64,000 nucleotides of DNA from an uncultured bacterium (GTDB lineage Bacteria; DRYD01). The stretch spans positions 22,360 to 86,359 of the forward strand of contig CAKZQG010000044.1 of the NCBI GenBank assembly GCA_937139605.1. The letters are read 5' to 3'. The notes beneath the pieces were generated by a model. It searched no databases. It had not been told where the DNA came from and was given only the letters and a program-made list of their open reading frames with translations. Made by a program: the position numbers and the translations under genes. Each line of letters begins with the position of its first letter. Positions within the stretch are counted from its first letter, which is position 1. Positions 47,479 to 57,271 of the stretch are shown one piece after another.

Positions 47479-47530
47479 CTTTAAAAAGTATCCTATCTTT
47501 AAAAAGTATCCTATCTTTAAAAAGTATCTT
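47479..47530. repeat. 18-bp tandem direct repeat (about 2.7 copies) in a long intergenic region
   Basis: ctttaaaaagtatcctat ctttaaaaagtatcctat ctttaaaaagtatcttaaat. Confidence 0.8.
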
Positions 47531-48090
47531 AAATATTCTTTTTCATTTAAATAGTTGCTTTCATTTGGGGGTTTTTAGTTTGCTATCTATGTTTTGTATC
47601 TTTAGCTTATTAACTTAATACCAATGTTGATGTTGTTTTTAACATTGTTTTTATTTCTTTTTTCTTTTTTAATATTCTTCGTGTTTTTTTCGCAGAAACT
47701 CAAGATATTAAGTGATAGTTTTTTTAACTGTTTTAATCTCCTAATAATTTATAATATAAACTAAAAAACACCTATACTATTTTTATTATTAAACTAAAAA
47801 ATAAATATCCTTTTTTAGTAAAAAATAAATCTTTTTTATAATTATATTTAGATTGGGATTTTATTATTACTCAAACTGATTTACCATTACTAGATTAATA
47901 TAGGGATTTTTGAGTTAGCAAACAAAGTATCAGCTTCATAATGCAAATGCCTGATATTTTTCAAAATGTTTAAACTCTTATAGTAAAAGCATTTTTTGCC
48001 ATTTTTTTATTTTATATTGCAAAGAATAAAAATAAAAAATAGTTTTATAAAAAGGGAAAAATGGATAAAAGTAGAATATAAATAATAAAG

Positions 48091-48163
48091 GGGCCCCTAG
48101 CTCAAGTGGCAGAGCATGCGGCTCATAACCGCAGGGTTCTAGGTTCGAGTCCTGGGGGGCCCA
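48091..48163 (+). tRNA. tRNA-Met (anticodon CAT; elongator or tRNA-Ile2 type)
   Basis: GGGCCCC TA GCTC AAGTGGCA GAGC A TGCGG CTCATAA CCGCA GGGTT CTAGG TTCGAGT CCTGG GGGGCCC A folds as a 73-nt cloverleaf. It lacks the GGG/CCC initiator-type anticodon stem. CCA is not encoded. Confidence 0.85.
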
Positions 48164-48271
48164 TTAAATTCTTATGTTTAGGTCCCAGGCCTAGGGGGGG
48201 AGCCATTAAATTCGTATGTTTAGGTTCCATGCCTAGGGAAGTCATTAAATTCGTATGTTTATGTATCAACG
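48151..48271 (+). repeat. three degenerate tandem copies (about 40 bp each) of the tRNA-Met 3' end plus its downstream flank
   Basis: The copies are cctggggggcccattaaattcttatgtttaggtcccagg, cctagggggggagccattaaattcgtatgtttaggttccatg and cctagggaagtcattaaattcgtatgtttatgtatc. The first copy is the true tRNA 3' end. Confidence 0.7.
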
Positions 48272-48773
48272 TATTTCCTTTAAACTATGTTTCTTGTTAA
48301 TTTTATTAATAACTAAAGGTCTATCTAATGATTTTTCAATAAATTTAACAACAGAAATAACTTTTAACTTAGATACCAAAAATTCAACATTTGAACAAGG
48401 AATTAATTTAAACTATAAAACATATACACTCTCTATTATATACCAAAAATTCAATAATCAAAATAGCGAAATAATAAAAGGAGTACTATCAAAAGAATTA
48501 GCAACTAACACTAATGTCTTTATAAATAAAATATATATCTTAAATCAAAATGTGTTAGGCATTGCTTTTGAAAAAGAACTAAAAACAGAAAGCAGCTTGT
48601 ATTTAGAATTTCTAACTATTAAAAATCTAAATTATTTCAATTTTTATTATTACCATAGTTGTAATGATAATTTTTATTTGAAATTAGGTTTTGATAACAT
48701 AAACCTTAAAAAAAATACAATTCAAAAAATTATTGGATTTTATCATGGAATTTTAAATTCAATAGAATTTTAG
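48255..48773 (+). CDS. hypothetical protein with a hydrophobic N-terminus (possible secreted/lipoprotein)
   Basis: 172 aa. The N-terminus KLCFLLILLITKGLS is signal-peptide-like. The rest is N/Y-rich with no recognisable motif. The 5' end overlaps the tRNA-associated repeats, so the real start may be internal. Confidence 0.3.
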   Translation: MFMYQRISFKLCFLLILLITKGLSNDFSINLTTEITFNLDTKNSTFEQGINLNYKTYTLSIIYQKFNNQNSEIIKGVLSKELATNTNVFINKIYILNQNVLGIAFEKELKTESSLYLEFLTIKNLNYFNFYYYHSCNDNFYLKLGFDNINLKKNTIQKIIGFYHGILNSIEF

Positions 48774-48779
48774 AAATTT

Positions 48780-48858
48780 AAAATAGAATTTTAGAAATTT
48801 AAATGGAAAAATAATTAAATAAAAAAACAAATGGAAAAATAATTAAATAAAAAAACAA
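48780..48858 (+). repeat. tandem duplications in the 5' leader of the ABC ATPase gene
   Basis: aaatggaaaaataattaaataaaaaaacaa occurs twice in tandem and ends in the start codon context. aatagaattttagaaatttaaa also occurs twice just upstream. Confidence 0.7.
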
Positions 48859-49644
48859 ATGGAAAAAATAATAGAAATACAAAACCTTTATTTTAAGTAT
48901 GAAGAAGAGTTAGTATTGGAAGATATTAACTTAGAAATATTTGAAAGGGAGTTTGTAAGTATAATAGGACCAAATGGAGCAGGTAAAACCACCTTAATAA
49001 AAATCTTATTAAATCTATTACCTTTTAAGGATGGAAGTATCAAAATATTTAATAAAGATATTACAAAGGATAAAAGCTATTTAGAATATATAGGATATCT
49101 ACCTCAATTTTCAACAATAGACAAAAATTTCCCAATAACAGTAAAAGAAGCAATTTTAATATCAAGGTATAAAAGAAAGGGATTACTAAGTTTATTTAAT
49201 GTTAGTTATACAGAAGAAGACAAAAAAGAAGTAGAAGAAATAATAGAATTATTAAATTTAAAAGATAAAGAAGATAAGAGAATAAGTGAGCTTTCAGGAG
49301 GGCAATTACAAAAGTTATTATTAGCAAGAGCATTAGCTAAGAATATAAAAATCCTAATTTTAGATGAACCTACAAATTTCATAGATCCTAAATCCAAAAC
49401 AGAACTAATTGATATAATTTTAAAAATAAAAAATACGCTTAATATCACGGTAATAATGGTTAGCCACGATTTAAACGTAGTTTATAAATTAACAGATAAG
49501 TTAGTTTGTATAAATAAAAAAGCATTCGTAAGTAAATTAGATAATAAAAATCTAAAAATGAAAGATAAAATTTATGAGAACCTAAAAGCTATATACAGCC
49601 AAAACTTTGAATACATAGAACACTTAAACTGTATTTTAGATTAA
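48859..49644 (+). CDS. ABC transporter ATP-binding protein (metal-type ZnuC/MntB-like), with no cognate permease or binding protein adjacent
   Basis: 261 aa. Walker A GPNGAGKTT, the signature LSGGQLQKLLLARAL and Walker B ILILDEP are present. Confidence 0.75.
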   Translation: MEKIIEIQNLYFKYEEELVLEDINLEIFEREFVSIIGPNGAGKTTLIKILLNLLPFKDGSIKIFNKDITKDKSYLEYIGYLPQFSTIDKNFPITVKEAILISRYKRKGLLSLFNVSYTEEDKKEVEEIIELLNLKDKEDKRISELSGGQLQKLLLARALAKNIKILILDEPTNFIDPKSKTELIDIILKIKNTLNITVIMVSHDLNVVYKLTDKLVCINKKAFVSKLDNKNLKMKDKIYENLKAIYSQNFEYIEHLNCILD

Positions 49645-49735
49645 TAAATAAAAACTTATAAATATAGAATAATAAAATATTTGTTAAAGTTGAAACAGAA
49701 CTCCAACACTTAATAAGGATAGTACTTAAACTTAA

Positions 49736-50764
49736 CTAAACATTTATTAATTTAATAATATTAAATTCTTCATTTATCATAATTTCAATGAGTTTATCGA
49801 ATTTAGTTGTAGGTTCCCAGTTAAGGATTTTTTTAGCTTTAGTATAATCTCCTTTTAAGATAGGGACTTCAGAAGGTCGATAAAATTCCAAAGAACTTTC
49901 AACAAGCAATTTCCCCTGTGAATATGCTCTTATTTTGTCATTATCTTCTTCCCATTTTAAAGGCATTCCTAAATATTCAAAGGTTTTATCAATAAACTCT
50001 TTAACAGTATGTGTTTCATTAGTAGCTAAAACATAATCATCAGGTTTATCATGATTTAACATAAGATACATACCATAGACATACTCTGGAGCATATCCCC
50101 AATCCCGCTTAGCATAAATATTACCTATTAATAGTTTTTCAGCTAAATTATACTTAATTTTAACAGCAGTATTAACTATTTTCTTAGTAACAAACTCTAA
50201 ACCTCTTAATGGAGATTCGTGATTAAAAAGAATCCCGCAACAATTAAACATATTATAAGCTAATCTATAATTAACAGTAATATAATGAGCAAATACTTTA
50301 GAAACAGCATAAGGGCTAACTGGGTTAAAGGGGGTATTTTCATTTTGAGGGACTTCTTTAGCTATTCCAAACATTTCACTTGTAGAAGCTTGATAAAACT
50401 TAGTATCAGGTTTATACAACTTAAGAGCTTCTAATAATCTTAGAACTCCTAAGGCATTTACTTCAGAGGTTAATAATGGTTGATTAAAAGAAACCTGGAC
50501 AAAACTTTGAGCAGCAAGATTATAAACCTCATCTGGCTTTATCTCCTTTATAACATCTATAATATTACTATATTCCAATAAATCCATATAAACTAACTTA
50601 ATTTTATCTTTAATTTTAAGATATTCTAATCTCCAATAAGAAGAATCGGAGCTTCTTCTGTCAGCTCCATAAACCTGATAACCTAAATCTAATAAAAGCT
50701 TAGCTAAATAAGCACCATCTTGCCCCCTTATGCCAGTTATCAAAGCTTTCTTCATATAATTCAA
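49736..50764 (-). CDS. gmd: GDP-mannose 4,6-dehydratase
   Basis: 342 aa. KKALITGIRGQDGAYLAKLLLDLGYQVYGADRRSS parallels the Gmd N-terminus ([33 protein letters not shown]). Ser/Tyr/Lys SDR catalytic residues are in place. Confidence 0.85.
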   Translation of the reverse strand: MNYMKKALITGIRGQDGAYLAKLLLDLGYQVYGADRRSSDSSYWRLEYLKIKDKIKLVYMDLLEYSNIIDVIKEIKPDEVYNLAAQSFVQVSFNQPLLTSEVNALGVLRLLEALKLYKPDTKFYQASTSEMFGIAKEVPQNENTPFNPVSPYAVSKVFAHYITVNYRLAYNMFNCCGILFNHESPLRGLEFVTKKIVNTAVKIKYNLAEKLLIGNIYAKRDWGYAPEYVYGMYLMLNHDKPDDYVLATNETHTVKEFIDKTFEYLGMPLKWEEDNDKIRAYSQGKLLVESSLEFYRPSEVPILKGDYTKAKKILNWEPTTKFDKLIEIMINEEFNIIKLINV

Positions 50765-50792
50765 TCCTCCTATTATTTGCTTAAAATATTAT

Positions 50793-52214
50793 TTACTTAA
50801 AATTAAAAATAATACCGTAAATTTCGTTTAAATTAATTAATCCGTAAGGCAATTTAATAACATATTTTGAATTCTTAGGATTATCAAAAAATATGCCACT
50901 ATTAAAATTATTGAGATATCTTTCTATTTTAGATATATCTTTATTAAGGAATTCAGTGATATTAATAATAACGCCGGCGTTATTAGTATTTCCGTCTTTA
51001 GCATCAGTAGCTAAGCCCAAAAATAGTAAATCCACTTTTTCTAATATACTATTATTGCTATTAAAATAATAATAAAGTTCTTTTAGTAAGGATAAAGCAA
51101 GGTGCTGGATCCTACCACCATAGCCTTCTTTTAAAATTTTTAAAAAAGTTTCACCACCAAATAAATAAACCTTTATTCCACTTTTTATCTCCCCTTTTAA
51201 ATATTCATTCAATTTAGTAAATATAAAAGATTTAAAAGTATTACAAAGGCTATATAAATCAAGATTAATATGACTACAAACAATTTTAATATCAAAATTA
51301 GAAATCCCAAGACTTAATTTATAAAAATCTTTTAATTTATTCAATTGATTAAACAATAAATAAAGAGCTTCAAAATTATCTAAAATTATGATATTAGATA
51401 AATTCTTATTAAGGTATTCTGTTTTAGTTTCCATAATCTTTTGGATTTCCTTATTTTTATGAATAATATTTAAAAACATTTTAGCATCAACAAGAATTTT
51501 TAGATATTCAGATAACTCAGAAACTAATTGATTAATTTGTTCATAAGACAGTTTTTTATAATAAGTAGTTAAACCTGAGCCTATGATATCTATGCTATTA
51601 AAAGGCACATCAGAAATAATAAGACTAATGATTTTAGATTTATTAAAATATTGTAATAGTTTTCCGCCTTTGATATTAGATAAAAAAGTCCTATAAGTAT
51701 TAAGTTGATAAATATTTAAGTCAAGGTTTAAAAGGATTTTATAAATCTCAGATAGAGTAGGATAAGGGATAACAGAATCTTCTATCATTGCACTACATCC
51801 ACCAGAAATCAAAAATAAAAACAAACTATCTTGGCTATCGTTTTGTAAAATCAAATCAATAACTTTTTTAGCAGCTATAAAAGAATTCTCACTTACCAAA
51901 GGATGCGTAGAAGGTAGTAATTCTATTTTTTGATTATTATTTAAAAAATTATCTTCTAAATCATTTTTTAAATTAATATCGTATATAATATAAGCTTTAT
52001 TATAATTTATTTTATACTTTTGAAAGCTATCAATTAAGGCTTTAAACATAATTAATGAAACTTTTCCAACAGATATTATAAAAATATTTTTATAATTTTT
52101 AATAATATCGATATTAGAATAAACAGCGTTATCAATAGAACTATAAAGAATTGATTTTAGTTCATCTTTAAAATTAGTTTCTATTATATTTTTAAAAAAA
52201 TCAACTAAATTCAT
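50793..52214 (-). CDS. glycerate kinase-like protein (MOFRL / DUF4147 family)
   Basis: 473 aa. LISGGCSAMIE matches LSGGGSAL and TFLSNIKGGKL matches RKHLS.IKGG.L. Both are characteristic of MOFRL glycerate-2-kinases. It is a divergent, AT-biased sequence. Confidence 0.4.
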   Translation of the reverse strand: MNLVDFFKNIIETNFKDELKSILYSSIDNAVYSNIDIIKNYKNIFIISVGKVSLIMFKALIDSFQKYKINYNKAYIIYDINLKNDLEDNFLNNNQKIELLPSTHPLVSENSFIAAKKVIDLILQNDSQDSLFLFLISGGCSAMIEDSVIPYPTLSEIYKILLNLDLNIYQLNTYRTFLSNIKGGKLLQYFNKSKIISLIISDVPFNSIDIIGSGLTTYYKKLSYEQINQLVSELSEYLKILVDAKMFLNIIHKNKEIQKIMETKTEYLNKNLSNIIILDNFEALYLLFNQLNKLKDFYKLSLGISNFDIKIVCSHINLDLYSLCNTFKSFIFTKLNEYLKGEIKSGIKVYLFGGETFLKILKEGYGGRIQHLALSLLKELYYYFNSNNSILEKVDLLFLGLATDAKDGNTNNAGVIINITEFLNKDISKIERYLNNFNSGIFFDNPKNSKYVIKLPYGLINLNEIYGIIFNFK

Positions 52215-52254
52215 AATTTTGTATAACTTATAGTAAAATCAAGAGAACAAAAAA

Positions 52255-53634
52255 CTAAGCTAACATAGTATTTGGGTTATCTGTGTTTTTGTTATTTAAA
52301 GACATAGCATATTTAACAGCATTATAAGCATCAACTACACCTGCCCCTTGACTATACTTATCATATAACTCATTATTAGCAGGATCTTTAATTTTATTAG
52401 CTGTTTTAGTAATAATTTCTTTGACTAATTTAGGGGTAGCATTAGGTAAGACTTGATAAATTAAAGCGGCAACGCCAGAAACAATAGCAGTTGCTCCACT
52501 TGTTCCAGATAAATTAATATAATACTTCCCTTGCCAACTATCATTATTATTATCATCATTATTATTATCAATATTTTTATCATTAATTTTGTATATTTTA
52601 TTCAATTCAGGATTTATTATATTTTTTTCATTATGAATCATATAATTAACTGATATTTGATTGCTATTAGTATTTAGTTTTTGATTTTTATAAGGATCAA
52701 AAACGGAACCAGGGACTCTAGCACCAGGTAGCATTTTAGCTGGAGCAACCACATCAGGTTTATCCAACAAATCAAAAGGAGTTGGCCCCTTAGAAGAAGC
52801 ATCATAAATAGTATCATCAGATTTATCACAGGTATTCTTAGTATCAATTCCACCAACCGTTATAACATCAGGTGCTATCCCAGGACTATCAATAGTTTCA
52901 TTAGCATAGTCATTACCAGCAGCAGCTACAACAGTATAATCTTGTGCTAAATCATTAGCTAATTTTGCTATCGTATCATTTAAATATCCTGTTTTAGGAT
53001 CAACACCTATAGATAAATTCACGACCTTAACATTATATTTTTTCCCATTTTCTTTTAACCATTCCAAAGCTTTAATTATCTCAGAAACAGAGGTTATTCT
53101 AAGGATAACAAATTTAACCCCAGGAGCAACCCCTTGGTTATACCCATTAGAAATTTTCCCACTGCCACCAATTAGTGAAGCTACGTGAGTCCCATGCCCC
53201 AATATGTCTTTAGGATTATTTTCATCAGATTCTCCTGAAAAATCTTTATAAAACAATATTCTGCTTTTATCTAAATCAGGATGATTGTAAATTATTCCGC
53301 TATCCACTACTGCAACAACTACATCCTTCCCATCAATCCCTAAATCTCTTACTTTATCTAAATTAATAGCAACCAAATTAGGATTTAGTTTTAAACAGCT
53401 ATTATTATCACATTTATTTACTTCATTACAAACATCCGCAGTAGCCCCTATATTAATTAGCTTAGCAATTAAATTTAAATTAGCATTATTAAAATTATCA
53501 GGATAATGGAAATCTTTTAAAATATTTGGTACAGATTCTATACCATATTTTTCTAAATTCTTTAGTAAATTAATTCTATTAACCCAAAAATCTCTATTAT
53601 TATAAAGCTTATCAAAATCTGTTTTATCTATCAT
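52255..53634 (-). CDS. subtilisin-like serine peptidase (family S8)
   Basis: 459 aa. The Asp box is VAVVDSGIIYNHPDL, the His box is GHGTHVASLIGG and the Ser box is GTSGATAIVSGVAALI. Confidence 0.75.
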   Translation of the reverse strand: MIDKTDFDKLYNNRDFWVNRINLLKNLEKYGIESVPNILKDFHYPDNFNNANLNLIAKLINIGATADVCNEVNKCDNNSCLKLNPNLVAINLDKVRDLGIDGKDVVVAVVDSGIIYNHPDLDKSRILFYKDFSGESDENNPKDILGHGTHVASLIGGSGKISNGYNQGVAPGVKFVILRITSVSEIIKALEWLKENGKKYNVKVVNLSIGVDPKTGYLNDTIAKLANDLAQDYTVVAAAGNDYANETIDSPGIAPDVITVGGIDTKNTCDKSDDTIYDASSKGPTPFDLLDKPDVVAPAKMLPGARVPGSVFDPYKNQKLNTNSNQISVNYMIHNEKNIINPELNKIYKINDKNIDNNNDDNNNDSWQGKYYINLSGTSGATAIVSGVAALIYQVLPNATPKLVKEIITKTANKIKDPANNELYDKYSQGAGVVDAYNAVKYAMSLNNKNTDNPNTMLA

Positions 53635-53735
53635 ATATTATATGATTTAAAAAAAAATAGAAACATTTTAAAAAAAAAGTAAAAAAAATGTTAACTTTTT
53701 AAATAATAATTAAAAATAAAAAAATAAAATACAAA

Positions 53736-55163
53736 TTAACCAGGTTTAGTTAATTTTAAAGGATCTAATATTTTATCAGCTTCTTCTAAAGATAATATAT
53801 TATGTAAAACTACATACTCTTTTATAGATAATTTATTTTTTAAAGCTTCTTTAACTATTTCATATGCTTTATCATAACCAACAATTTTAGCTAAGGGAGT
53901 AACAATAGATGGGTTATAATTAACTATACTATTAATTTTTTCAAAATTTATTTTAAGACCATCTATCAGTTTTTCTTTTATTAATTTTAGTAAATTAGAT
54001 AAAATAGAGATAGATTCAGTTAAAGAGAATGCGACTAATGGGAAAGTAGTAGATAATTCAAAATTAGAATATTGATTAGAAAAAGTTAGAGCATAACTTA
54101 ATCCGATTATATAAGAGCAAGCCATACCTGTAGCTTCGGGGATAACAGGATTAACTTTACCTGGCATAATAGATGATCCTGGTTGAAGCTCAGGTAAAAA
54201 TAGCTCTCCAAAACCCCCGACAGGCCCACTCCCCATAAATCTTATATCATTTGTTATCTTTATTAAAGACAATGCTAAAATTTTTAAGATATCCATTACT
54301 TCTATAAATGTATCAATAGATGCTTGGGATTCAAAATGATTAGATGTTTCTTTGAATTTAGGGTATATTTCAAATGGGATAAACTTAGCCATAAATTCAT
54401 TAATTCTATTAATTACTTTAGAAGGGAAATCTATATGAGTATTAATTCCTGTGCCAACAGCGGTTCCTCCAATAGGTAATTCAGCTAATCGATTAAAAAA
54501 CCCTTTAATTCTATCTATAGCTAATTCCAATTGGCGTCTATATCCGGAAAATTCCTGGGCAAAAGTAATAGGAGTAGCATCCATTAAATGGGTTCTACCT
54601 ATCTTAACAACATCCTTAAATTCCTCTTCCTTATTTTTTATAGAATTTATTAAATAATTGATATCGTTAATTAAAGATACTAACATTTTATAAGCAGCTA
54701 TTCTAATAGCAGTAGGAATAACATCATTAGATGACTGTCCTTTATTAACGTCATCATTAGGGTGAACAAATTTAGAACCCATTTCTTTATTTAACATAAC
54801 AGAAGCTAAATTAGAGATAACTTCATTAACATTCATATTAGTGGAAGTCCCTGAGCCTGTTTGAAAAATATCTAAAATAAAATTGTCTTGGTATTTTTCA
54901 AAATTATTTAAAATCTCATCAACAGCATTAACAATAGCATTAGATTTATTAGAATCTAATAAATTAAGTTCATTATTAGCAATAGCTGCAGATTTTTTTA
55001 TAATTAATAAAGCTTTAATAACTTCTGGATGGAATTTATAATTACTTATTTTGAAATTATTAATAGCTCTTTGAGTTTGTGGTCCCCATAGTTTATCTTT
55101 AGGGATCATTACTTCACCCATTGGATCTTTTTCTATTCTATAATTTTGAGTATCTAAGGACAT
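53736..55163 (-). CDS. class II fumarate hydratase / aspartate ammonia-lyase family enzyme (FumC-like)
   Basis: 475 aa. KLWGPQTQRAINNF matches the FumC LWGAQTQRS..NF. The superfamily signature GSSIMPGKVNP is present. Confidence 0.7.
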   Translation of the reverse strand: MSLDTQNYRIEKDPMGEVMIPKDKLWGPQTQRAINNFKISNYKFHPEVIKALLIIKKSAAIANNELNLLDSNKSNAIVNAVDEILNNFEKYQDNFILDIFQTGSGTSTNMNVNEVISNLASVMLNKEMGSKFVHPNDDVNKGQSSNDVIPTAIRIAAYKMLVSLINDINYLINSIKNKEEEFKDVVKIGRTHLMDATPITFAQEFSGYRRQLELAIDRIKGFFNRLAELPIGGTAVGTGINTHIDFPSKVINRINEFMAKFIPFEIYPKFKETSNHFESQASIDTFIEVMDILKILALSLIKITNDIRFMGSGPVGGFGELFLPELQPGSSIMPGKVNPVIPEATGMACSYIIGLSYALTFSNQYSNFELSTTFPLVAFSLTESISILSNLLKLIKEKLIDGLKINFEKINSIVNYNPSIVTPLAKIVGYDKAYEIVKEALKNKLSIKEYVVLHNILSLEEADKILDPLKLTKPG

Positions 55164-55201
55164 AAAACACCTCCTTAATAAACTTATTAATTCTAATAAT
55201 T

Positions 55202-56059
55202 TTATCTAGAATAAATAGAAGAAGATATAATAAATTCCTTAATAGCCTGAGCGGCTAAAACAGCAGTATTATATTTAGGGTAATCTAAAAAAGGATTAAC
55301 TTCAACTACATCAAATGCAATAACCATATATTCACTTAAGATCCTAAGGATATTTATGAAATCGTTAAAATGAGCGCCATCATAAACTGGATTAGAAACA
55401 GCCGGTGCTATAGATGGATCAAAGAAATCTATATCCAATGAAAGATAAATATATTTACTATTTAAATTCTTTAATGCTTCTTTTAAATAATTTATATTAG
55501 CTAAATCTATGTTAATTACATTAGAAAAGAAGAATCCTTTTTCAAAATCATCTAAAGTTCTAACTCCTATTGAAATAATATTATTAGTATGTTCAGATAT
55601 TCTTCTAAGGACATTCGCGTGAGAATAAATCTGATTTAAGTATTTATCGTGGCAATCTGCATGAGCATCTAAATGAATATAAGCAACATCTTTAAATATA
55701 TCTTTTATTGCTAAGAAAGTAGCAATAGTAACACTATGGTCTCCTCCTAAAAAAATATACCTCTTTTTAATATCGATCAAAACGTTTTTTAAATTTTTAT
55801 AAATATTATGAACAGTTTTATCATTATTTTCGTCAAGTTTAATAAAAATATCACCTAAATCAAATAAATTTATTTCTTCTAAAGATTTTGAAAAATAGAA
55901 ACTAAAGGTCTCAATTAATTCCGAATAATTTCTAATATAATATGGAGCTTTAAAAGAACCTAATCTACTATTAATATATCCCTCATAAGGAATACCTATT
56001 ATTAAATAATTTGATTGTTCTAGATTACTATAGTTTCTTAAAAATGGGAATATATGCAT
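55202..56059 (-). CDS. arginase-family ureohydrolase (agmatinase/formiminoglutamase-like)
   Basis: 285 aa. The metal-binding blocks GGDHSVT, DAHADCHD and SLDIDFFDPSIAPAVSNPV are present. Confidence 0.65.
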   Translation of the reverse strand: MHIFPFLRNYSNLEQSNYLIIGIPYEGYINSRLGSFKAPYYIRNYSELIETFSFYFSKSLEEINLFDLGDIFIKLDENNDKTVHNIYKNLKNVLIDIKKRYIFLGGDHSVTIATFLAIKDIFKDVAYIHLDAHADCHDKYLNQIYSHANVLRRISEHTNNIISIGVRTLDDFEKGFFFSNVINIDLANINYLKEALKNLNSKYIYLSLDIDFFDPSIAPAVSNPVYDGAHFNDFINILRILSEYMVIAFDVVEVNPFLDYPKYNTAVLAAQAIKEFIISSSIYSR

Positions 56060-56062
56060 AGT

Positions 56063-57265
56063 TTATTTTATTATAAGAAGTTTTTTATTAGAAATGTCTT
56101 TTAATATATCTTCATTTAGTTCTTTGTTATTGTTAATATATTCTTGAATATTAACTTCTTTAAGGTACTGCTCTAAATTATTAAATAGTTGTTGATTTTC
56201 TAATACTTTAAAAGCTAAGAATTTAGAGATAGTTATTAGTGAAGGAGAAAGCAGATATCTATCGGCGATAAAAAACGCTTTCCAAGCATATTTTAAAGCT
56301 AATTTATAATTATCTGGATATAAACTCATATATTTTATAATGTAATCTTTATATAAGCTCAAAAACAAAGCATTATAATTAAATAGATTATCTAATTCTA
56401 AATAAACTTGTTCAACATGTTTTTTTATTTCTATTAATCTTTTTTCAGCATTAGATTTTTTAGTTCTCTTTTTAATAATATTTTTAGAATCCAAGTAATT
56501 TTTTAAGTATTTCGAATGATTCTTTTCTATTTTTTTTAAAAAATCTAAATTTTTTATAACAAATTGATAATAATTTTCTTTAACTTCTTGTAGATCTATA
56601 TAATTTATAAAAGATTGAACTATATCTAAAAAAGCGGATAATATTTCTTTTATTTTATCCAAGTTATAATTTTGATATATAGAAATAGTAGTCATTAAAA
56701 TAAGAGATTCTATTAAAATAGAAATTAATTCTTTTATATTTGATTCTTGTTCTTCGGTTATTTCCTTAACCAAGTAATCTAAGATATTAAGAGAAACATC
56801 AAATTTTCTTCTATAAAACGCTAATTTAGCTATAATTAAATAAATCCTTAAAGTATAAATATAAAGTTCTGTTTTATTTTCTTTATTATTATTATTACGT
56901 TTTAGGTAAATAGATAAATAATTAAAAGCTCTAACTGCAAAAGCCTGCGCTTTATTATATTTTTTCAATTCTAGGTAAATTTTTGATATCATATAACATA
57001 ACTGAGATCTTGTAAATAAGTCATCTACATTTTTAAAAATTCTCTTAAAAACCCATCTTATTTCATTATTCAAATTCCATTTTACATAATTATTAACTTC
57101 CAAAACAAAATTCAAATATAATGGCACATAATTATACAAATAATTTTGTTCTATTATTTTTTTTATCAATTTTAAATATAAAGTAACTACTTCAGCAGTA
57201 GTAGGTAAAAACAGTATCAATTTTTCTAAATTTATTATAATTGACAAAAATTCGTTTCTTAGCAT
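56063..57265 (-). CDS. hypothetical helical-repeat protein
   Basis: 400 aa. It is helical and TPR-like with low complexity and no motif recognised. Confidence 0.3.
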   Translation of the reverse strand: MLRNEFLSIIINLEKLILFLPTTAEVVTLYLKLIKKIIEQNYLYNYVPLYLNFVLEVNNYVKWNLNNEIRWVFKRIFKNVDDLFTRSQLCYMISKIYLELKKYNKAQAFAVRAFNYLSIYLKRNNNNKENKTELYIYTLRIYLIIAKLAFYRRKFDVSLNILDYLVKEITEEQESNIKELISILIESLILMTTISIYQNYNLDKIKEILSAFLDIVQSFINYIDLQEVKENYYQFVIKNLDFLKKIEKNHSKYLKNYLDSKNIIKKRTKKSNAEKRLIEIKKHVEQVYLELDNLFNYNALFLSLYKDYIIKYMSLYPDNYKLALKYAWKAFFIADRYLLSPSLITISKFLAFKVLENQQLFNNLEQYLKEVNIQEYINNNKELNEDILKDISNKKLLIIK

Positions 57266-57271
57266 ATATTA

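Noticed and set aside
48106-48300. 64-aa plus-strand ORF
   Set aside because: It is translated across the tRNA-Met gene and its att-like repeats. This is a Gly/Pro-rich artefact of the GC-rich tRNA sequence.
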